A stretch of DNA of 58,324 nucleotides, the filler included, from Circinaria calcarea (lineage: Eukaryota): the NCBI GenBank assembly GCA_051942165.1. It is 5 parts of 5 records of this genome, joined end to end, with 100 filler letters (N's around TTAATTAATTAA, not from the genome) between each part and the next. Parts side by side here need not be neighbours in the genome. Positions count along the whole stretch, not along the records: positions 46,757 to 58,324 come from JAVECS010000667.1; 4 more parts are not named here. The stretch is one strand, 5' to 3'. A program made the translations under genes and the position numbers. Shown here piece by piece: positions 51,624-58,324 of the stretch. The notes under the pieces were generated by a model. It worked only from the letters and a program-made list of their open reading frames with translations. It was not told the DNA's origin and searched no databases. The stretch's first letter is position 1. Every line of letters starts with the position of its first letter.

Positions 51624-52373
51624 TGTTATGTGTTACGTCCCTAAGCTTCTTAGGCAAAGGCAATGCTAGTCACTGGTATAAGGCAGGGGCTCTGTAATAT
51701 GCGCACGGGTTCTATACCAATCACTTGGCAAGTAAGTAGTGACAATAAAAGTATATTGCTACACTTGTAAGGTCTTGACCACACAGGTCAAATACTACGG
51801 AAAGGACTGTGCCTATATACCCTTTCCTTGACAGGGGTCATAGTAGTGATCCCTATGATCCCACTGCTCCCTAACCAGATCAACCGGATCACTCAGATCA
51901 CCAGTGCTCCCATTGATCCCATACGTTACACAAGGGATCACTCGGATCATCCTCCTGAATACCCTTGGTAAGTGTAGTACTGGTCACGGCTGGTGGCGCC
52001 ATTACATTATGGCGCCACGCCATACTCAAGGTCCAGAGCCAAGAATGGACTAGCGGGTTCACCACACGTGACGGAGCAGAAAGAGCAGAGTGAGCGGGGC
52101 AGTGCTCATGGTGCTCAGGGTGCTTAGGTGAGCAAGGTGAGCGGAGTGAGCAGAGGAATGCTCAGGGTGCTCAGATTGCTCAGGATATTATATAAACAGG
52201 CTGTTCCTCGTTCATTAGAATAGCATGTTTATAGACCCATACCGAGTTCAATATATTCTTGATATATATTGAGCCTAGGACAACAGTTCAACTACGTCCT
52301 ATGTAACCGTGCTATTACCAATCGGGACTTATCATATTCCTCAATAGGCCCCAGGGATTGCAGCGCCCTTACA
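51624..52373. mobile_element. Solo-LTR-like element (750 bp, possibly composite)
   Basis: TGTTATG...CCTTACA termini flanked by a 5-bp direct repeat TAACG (51619-51623, 52374-52378); internal TATATAAA and short GCTCA/TGAGC and GATCA repeats. Confidence 0.7.
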
Positions 52374-54020
52374 TAACGCTAGCGGATTTGAAAAGTATTA
52401 TTACTTATTTCTAGGGCAGCGACACCATCGTTACACCCTGGAGAGAAAAAGAGTCCAACTGGCTCTCTTTATCCTCTTTCTCGGATACACCACTTCTAGG
52501 CCGGGCGCATGTACATTAGCGGATGTACCTATGCAACCCATCAATCAGCCAATATGAGGTCTTCCACACGTAGTGCTCTATCTCCGAGGTCACACTATTC
52601 TTGCAGAGATGAATCTGGTACTTGATAATGATGCAATGGCTTGATATGTTTAACGTTTGAGCGGGAATATAGGGTTTAAGCGAAGTTGATTGATGGGGGC
52701 ACGATGTCAGGACACGTCTTCCACGTCAGTAATCCTCGGATATCTGAACACAGGTGCTGTAGGTCATCTTACCATTCTCTCTATCCAGAGTATTCAAGTT
52801 GAGTTCAGGCGGGGACATTGCGGGGGCAAGGCGCATAATACCCGACTGATAAGGTCATAGTCCATGGCAGTGAAGGTTAATGGCCACGTTGCTCTCACTT
52901 CTAATAATCTAAGATCGATAACGTGCTCGAAGTAGCCATTTTTGATAGGATAGGTATGAATTGAGAAATAGCGTTCAGAGCGTCTGCCAACGTACTCACT
53001 TTCGGAGAAGTATAATCATAATCCCATCCGTATAAACAATGCTTAGCTCAACGATAATCTGGAAGAGAGCTGATCAATTGAGAGAGCCACAGCTCAGTAG
53101 GGAAAACGTCGTCCGACCAGGAGCCGTATCTTGCAACACGGCAATATGGGGAGAAACTCGGGTGATTCTGAAAAGCATCGTGCATCGTACATCCAAGCCT
53201 TGGTACCGTGTCAAGCTTTCGCGCTACAACGGTTCTTCATGCATGGTAGGAGGAGTATTGCAGAACACTAGAATTGGTATGAGGGTTTCTAGTATGCGTG
53301 TTCTCCCCTATATATACAGTGGATGAAAATCTCATCTAGTATATGTGGTCCGGAACGACCGGCACCCGAGACGCTAAACCTTAATAGGTTTAACATACCG
53401 CTTATCGCAGATCCTTGGCGCCATACGTCTCGTATTTCGCAATGCCTATATCTACAGCTTTATTTTTTCTGTCTTTAGCTATGATGTATATCTTTAATTA
53501 TATTATAATAGGCAGCTTTATAAAATTTACCTAATTATAAAGTGATTCTCGCTCATAGGCATGGTATAATTATTATACACTATATTAAATATGGAGCCAG
53601 CATGCAATATGCAGGATATCCGTACAACCGCATTAGACTAGCGTGGGTTGCAGAGTTTTCATCCTTTAATTATATAATGCAAACCATACACCTTACACAT
53701 ATTACGATGACTATAGTTATAGTGCATATGAACAGCAATACACGCACATTGACTGCAGTTATTCTATCTTGATTAGCCCCGATATATTCAACACACTACG
53801 ATTAAATTAACAGCTGCCTTAGAAGAGCCTCACTTCGCAGCCTAATATATATGACCATCCTAGCATATTTCACTCCACGTGAGAGGCGCCCAACCTAATC
53901 TCATTTTGGACATTGGATTTGCAATATCTTGAACTATCATAAAGATCGCTTTCGTGCTGACAAAATCCTGCATTTTATCTTATTCCGCAGCACCTTTTCT
54001 TTGCCAGCCAAGGGTTCAAC

Positions 54021-56396
54021 ATGTCGATAAGTATAGGCGATGGAAGCATATCTTCTTTCTCTCAGCAAGGCACAATCGATTGGGTCCAACTAGGTAACAC
54101 CGGTGTGACGGCCACGGTAGCTATTCTATCAAGAATATCAGCGGCACATATCGACCCGTTCACATTAACCGTCGCCCAGGCCGTAGCAGGTCAATATAAG
54201 CTATCATGCAAAGGCAAGGCCCGGCTCAATGAATGTCTCCAGTCCTTAAAGTGCTTTGCCAGCTTCGAGAATGTCTTATGGTTTGGCTTTGGCATTAAAC
54301 ACGTTATACGTATTCTCGCCCGCACAACCCAGGGAATGTCTACCATCGCTCTCTGTGGCAGTCTTTCTGAAGTCATGTCATCCGAAATGGTTGCTTCAAT
54401 CCTTGATGAGTTACCAGCGATTTATGGAGCACCGCTGGAGCTCCGTCCATCGCTCTTACAATGGGAAGCATTAGTTACCAACTGTTCTGGTGTCATTTCA
54501 AGCACCAACTTCGGTTTAGTCGCTGAATATTTTATGGGTTTGAGCGGAGACGGTCCCGTAGCCCCTCATCCTTTCCACATAAAGAATCCAAGGACGCAAA
54601 GTCGCGATTGCGGGCAGCCTAAAGACGTTGCTACTGCCTTGCACGCTATCGGGAAATTGTCATCCGGCTCTCTGATCGCCATCGAGCTTCGTGGTGGAGC
54701 AGTCTGCGGCCTTCTAGGGGCTTTAGGGTTTTGGTTTCTCGGCCTCGAAGTTGAAATTCGGAAGGGATCCATCGTTGCTTATAGAAGTGTTTCAGATGAA
54801 GAACCGGTACAAATTTTGGTGACATACGGCGCAGTTAATGACCAGGCTAGCTCCATTGATATGCAAGTGGCTAGCCGATCTTATCACATATGTAACATCT
54901 CTTCAATCCTTGAAGGGCGTCTCATAGATTACGACCACGACAATCACATAATCTCGGGAAGAGTCCCATGGGACAAAGCAATTCAGACTACATTCGGGAG
55001 TGTGGGAGAAGAGCTTCTCAAGGCTCACTATCACTTTAGCCAAATTCTTGGAAACGCAGCTAGGATATTCACAGCCCTGGCAAATTCCGAACCCAATAAT
55101 TTGGGGATTGAGAAACCCAAGAGTTACTATCGGCATTGCGCATTCAAAACAGTGGTCGTTCACAACGATAATAGCCACGGGAAAGGATTCATTCATTTCA
55201 TGATGGCGAGATTGCCAGAACTGGCCACCTTGGACAGGCATCTGATGGAGACATGCCTTGACTACCCGCTCGCAAAAGCACATGAACAGTTTGAAGCCGC
55301 CATGCGTCGAATGGTCATGCTATGCGACTGCATCATGTGTAATGAACCTGAAGATTCAAATGACTTTGAGCGATATAAGACATTTTGCATCCCCCTGTTG
55401 GCTGAGTTTATTGTCGCCACCCTACGAAATTTGGCCCTTGTACATCCTGATACAGACCTAAAACCATACCGATCAGGCCTAGAAAAACTTTACCGTTCGT
55501 ATGAGTTTAGCATTGAGAAGCCAAAACATCGCATTGATGGAGTCATCGATCACCTGACAATGGTTTCAGTTTATGACACCGCTGAGCTCATTTATACAGG
55601 AAGACAAGAGATGATGGAATCTTGGCAAGAGGCACCATTAAAATCAGCAAAAGTTCCACCTGTGTTCTCTGCTCATGGTATGACCTTCTACTTGGACATT
55701 CTACGAGAACTATCCGACCGCCCAGGGGCTGCTGCAATACTACACGTGGTGCCTGGCAATATGGTGCTCGAATCTGGCCGCATATATACTATTGCGAGAG
55801 ACTCACCACCCGCCGGCTGCGTAAAATACCAGGCTACGAACTGCAAGCTTTCATCATCGCTTCCTTCCCCAGCAGATACTAGCAACTCAGAGCTGATTGG
55901 AAAACTCGCGGTTAAAGAAAGCATGAGGGCTCTGTCCATCGAGTTCTGCTTTACTCGGTCCGGCATGCCACTGTGCTCCATAGGGCCAGCAGATTTGGTC
56001 GATAGGCTTGCGCGTGTATCCTTCTCCGTCCATTGCCCTCGTCGTCGGTGTCCCGACATAAAAGCGCCCTTAACTTCCATTTTTACAGTTGACGGCGAGG
56101 GCAAGGTAGATCCAGAAGCCGATGTTGACTCTGGAAGACTGGTCGTTATTCGTCGACTACAAGGGAACTTGATCGCCCGCTGCATTTCCCTATGTCAAAA
56201 TGCAAAATATGCCACGATCTCAAGGGATATAACGGTTCACGACAAATTAGACGTGGCGACGCAAGAACGTAAAGATATTTTGTATCATGAAAATGTGATT
56301 TTGAAATCAGATGAATGTTGGTCTTGTTGTATTAAAACGGCTTTTCGTCCTTCGAATAAAAAAATCAACTTTTTGCCTGTTGTATATATTTTATAA
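54021..56396 (+). CDS. 791-aa intronless hypothetical protein
   Basis: Long ORF with a good start context; N-terminal QQGTIDWVQL...LWFGFGIKHVIRIL; Cys pairs CDCIMC, HCPRRRC and CWSCC. Confidence 0.85.
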   Translation: MSISIGDGSISSFSQQGTIDWVQLGNTGVTATVAILSRISAAHIDPFTLTVAQAVAGQYKLSCKGKARLNECLQSLKCFASFENVLWFGFGIKHVIRILARTTQGMSTIALCGSLSEVMSSEMVASILDELPAIYGAPLELRPSLLQWEALVTNCSGVISSTNFGLVAEYFMGLSGDGPVAPHPFHIKNPRTQSRDCGQPKDVATALHAIGKLSSGSLIAIELRGGAVCGLLGALGFWFLGLEVEIRKGSIVAYRSVSDEEPVQILVTYGAVNDQASSIDMQVASRSYHICNISSILEGRLIDYDHDNHIISGRVPWDKAIQTTFGSVGEELLKAHYHFSQILGNAARIFTALANSEPNNLGIEKPKSYYRHCAFKTVVVHNDNSHGKGFIHFMMARLPELATLDRHLMETCLDYPLAKAHEQFEAAMRRMVMLCDCIMCNEPEDSNDFERYKTFCIPLLAEFIVATLRNLALVHPDTDLKPYRSGLEKLYRSYEFSIEKPKHRIDGVIDHLTMVSVYDTAELIYTGRQEMMESWQEAPLKSAKVPPVFSAHGMTFYLDILRELSDRPGAAAILHVVPGNMVLESGRIYTIARDSPPAGCVKYQATNCKLSSSLPSPADTSNSELIGKLAVKESMRALSIEFCFTRSGMPLCSIGPADLVDRLARVSFSVHCPRRRCPDIKAPLTSIFTVDGEGKVDPEADVDSGRLVVIRRLQGNLIARCISLCQNAKYATISRDITVHDKLDVATQERKDILYHENVILKSDECWSCCIKTAFRPSNKKINFLPVVYIL

Positions 56397-56699
56397 ATAG
56401 ATAGCACACGCAAGCACGTAGGCCCTGAAATGGAATTTCTGCCCAGAAACGAAGAATAAATAAAAGGGATTTATTCGGCGCGAATAATCCGATTTAATAA
56501 TATATTTTTATACAGACTCCAGCAAAATCGTTTCATTATTTTAAAAATTTATGCAAAAGTTAAGGTTCTTCATGATACAGGGCTTGATGATCTTTTCACC
56601 TTCTTGTCACTAGTAAAAAACAAAGTCCCATAAATTAGTCGACCGGATCACACTGATCGCTCTCTAGGTTCTGTCCATTATTTGCACCTCTCTATTTAC

Positions 56700-57665
56700 T
56701 GCAGATGTACACACGGGAATGGGTCGGCATGCACAATTTCTCGGGGAAAAACGATTGGGATCCACCGTCCGGCTCAATTTCATTGCAAACCCTTTCGGCA
56801 TCATGGCCTACTCGTTCCCAAACATTTCGGTAGCTATAGTGCTGGTTCGAATTGTTGCGCCGAATCGGTACTTTAGATGGACCATCCATGCAATAGCCAT
56901 CGCACAAGGTATTATTGCCGGCATCTCCTGTATTCTGCTCTTTGCCTAGTGTACTCCCTCGGAGTTTCTTTGGAACCCTACGATCTAGGCAACTTGCATG
57001 CCTGCGTCGGTAATAACTGGGTACTCTTACTTCGTTGGAGGTAAACATATCTGTGATGCCTTCTACACATGAAAGCTGACGTGTACACAGCCTATTCCGC
57101 TTTTACCGATATCTTTCTCGCCGTTGTTCCTGCAGTTATGTTTTGGAAGCTACAACTGAAGTCCAAGACCAAGGTCGGCCTTTGCATCCTCATGGGCATG
57201 ACTGCTCTTGCCGCTATTTGTGCCATTGTCAAGACTACAAAGCTCAACGAGCTAGCCGATCTGACAGACTTCACTTACGGGACAGTTGATCTGGTCATCT
57301 GGGCGATAGTAGAGGCGAACGTCATCATAATAGCAGCGTGCATCCCCACACTACGACCTTTCGTAGTCTCCGTCCAGAAAGGAGTTCAAGGAAGCGAAGG
57401 GCGATTATTGTTTGGAAGGTTGCGCGGATTCAGAAGCTACGGCTATGGAAGAAGCACTAGAGACACAGATGAGTTCACGGGCAGGTACAAGCAAAGCGGG
57501 AAAAATTCAGATCCAGCGAATAGTGGCACGTATCCACTGGCGGCAGCAACAAGGACTAAGGCAAGTTCTGAGAATGGGAGTCGGAGACATCTCACGACCG
57601 ATCCGCCGTCATATCCAAAGATTAAGCAGACTACCGAGATTGCCACAGAATGGGAGACGGTGTAA
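56700..57665 (+). pseudogene. PTH11-like (fungal rhodopsin-domain) membrane protein with premature stops
   Basis: HGNGSA.., FA*CTP..LWNP, AYSAFTDIFLAVVPAVMFWKLQL, WAIVEANVIIIAACIPTLRP; TAG at 56947-56949 and 56986-56988; 5' region AT-rich and degraded. Confidence 0.8.
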
Positions 57666-58324
57666 TCGAACACCACAATGGTGTAACTACAGTAGTATGA
57701 CTTCGTCTTCCAAATACGAAGCAGTCTCTAATTCTACCTACCTAAAACGAAATAGTGAATTACGTCCCCATCGATCTGAGTCTTGAGGCATAACTCCATT
57801 ATGTACTACATCAAACAATCTACTAAGAACCGAGACCTATGGGCATATAGTAAGTACTTGAGCAGGTTTTCTACTGGAGCTCGGGAGCTTAGTGGAAGTA
57901 ATTGAGGAGCTGAGCTGGGAGAGGTTATCTCAGGGGGCTGACGTGCATTAGTCCTTAGCATGTGCTGTACATGAGCTTCGTAAGAACCACTGTTCTGGGT
58001 CGGTGTACTGCAAGTAATACAACGCTAAGGAGTCTGCCTGTGCATACGCATGCATTAAGCTTTACTAGCTTCGGCTTCCTGCAAGGCACACCCTAGCTCC
58101 AAATCGGCCTCGACCCGGATCGGATCTGTCTTTGCTGAGATCACTACATTCTTGAATTATAGGGTTCGACTGCTTTGTAGTAGAACAGTGCACAATTCCT
58201 TACAGCTCGCTCGTCCAAGCTGTACTCTCAAGTTGCCTTCATACTCATATTGATAATGGATGCATCACCAAACCCTCAGGCTTTGAGCTTGTTAGAAGAT
58301 ATAGCCCGAGTGGGCAAATTGTAT

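Overview
Eukaryotic, intron-containing DNA from a filamentous ascomycete (Pezizomycotina; a lichen-forming Lecanoromycete is plausible but not provable here). The window is not one locus. It is five contigs (1-11596, 11697-23292, 23393-34978, 35079-46656, 46757-58324; lengths 11596, 11596, 11586, 11578, 11568) joined by artificial N44-TTAATTAATTAA-N44 linkers, apparently size-sorted, so gene order across the gaps is meaningless. Recognisable genes include TVP18, AIM21, an F-box/LRR-like protein, a Zn-dependent cytidine-deaminase-like gene, SCH9 kinase, NPL6/RSC7, a sugar transporter end, an amidoligase, an SNF2 C-lobe/PARG locus, TFB6, a CDF transporter, a HET-domain gene, a glutaredoxin-like protein, an HpcH aldolase, an omega-GST end and a PTH11-like pseudogene, plus MITE, LTR and RIP-like relics. 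The standout is at 26506-26688 (minus strand): a tRNA-Pro(UGG) gene in three pieces (5+12+55 nt), separated by two GT...AG introns with branch-point motifs located in the acceptor stem and D-loop. Removing them gives a complete 72-nt cloverleaf, which suggests a tRNA spliced by the spliceosome rather than by tRNA endonuclease.
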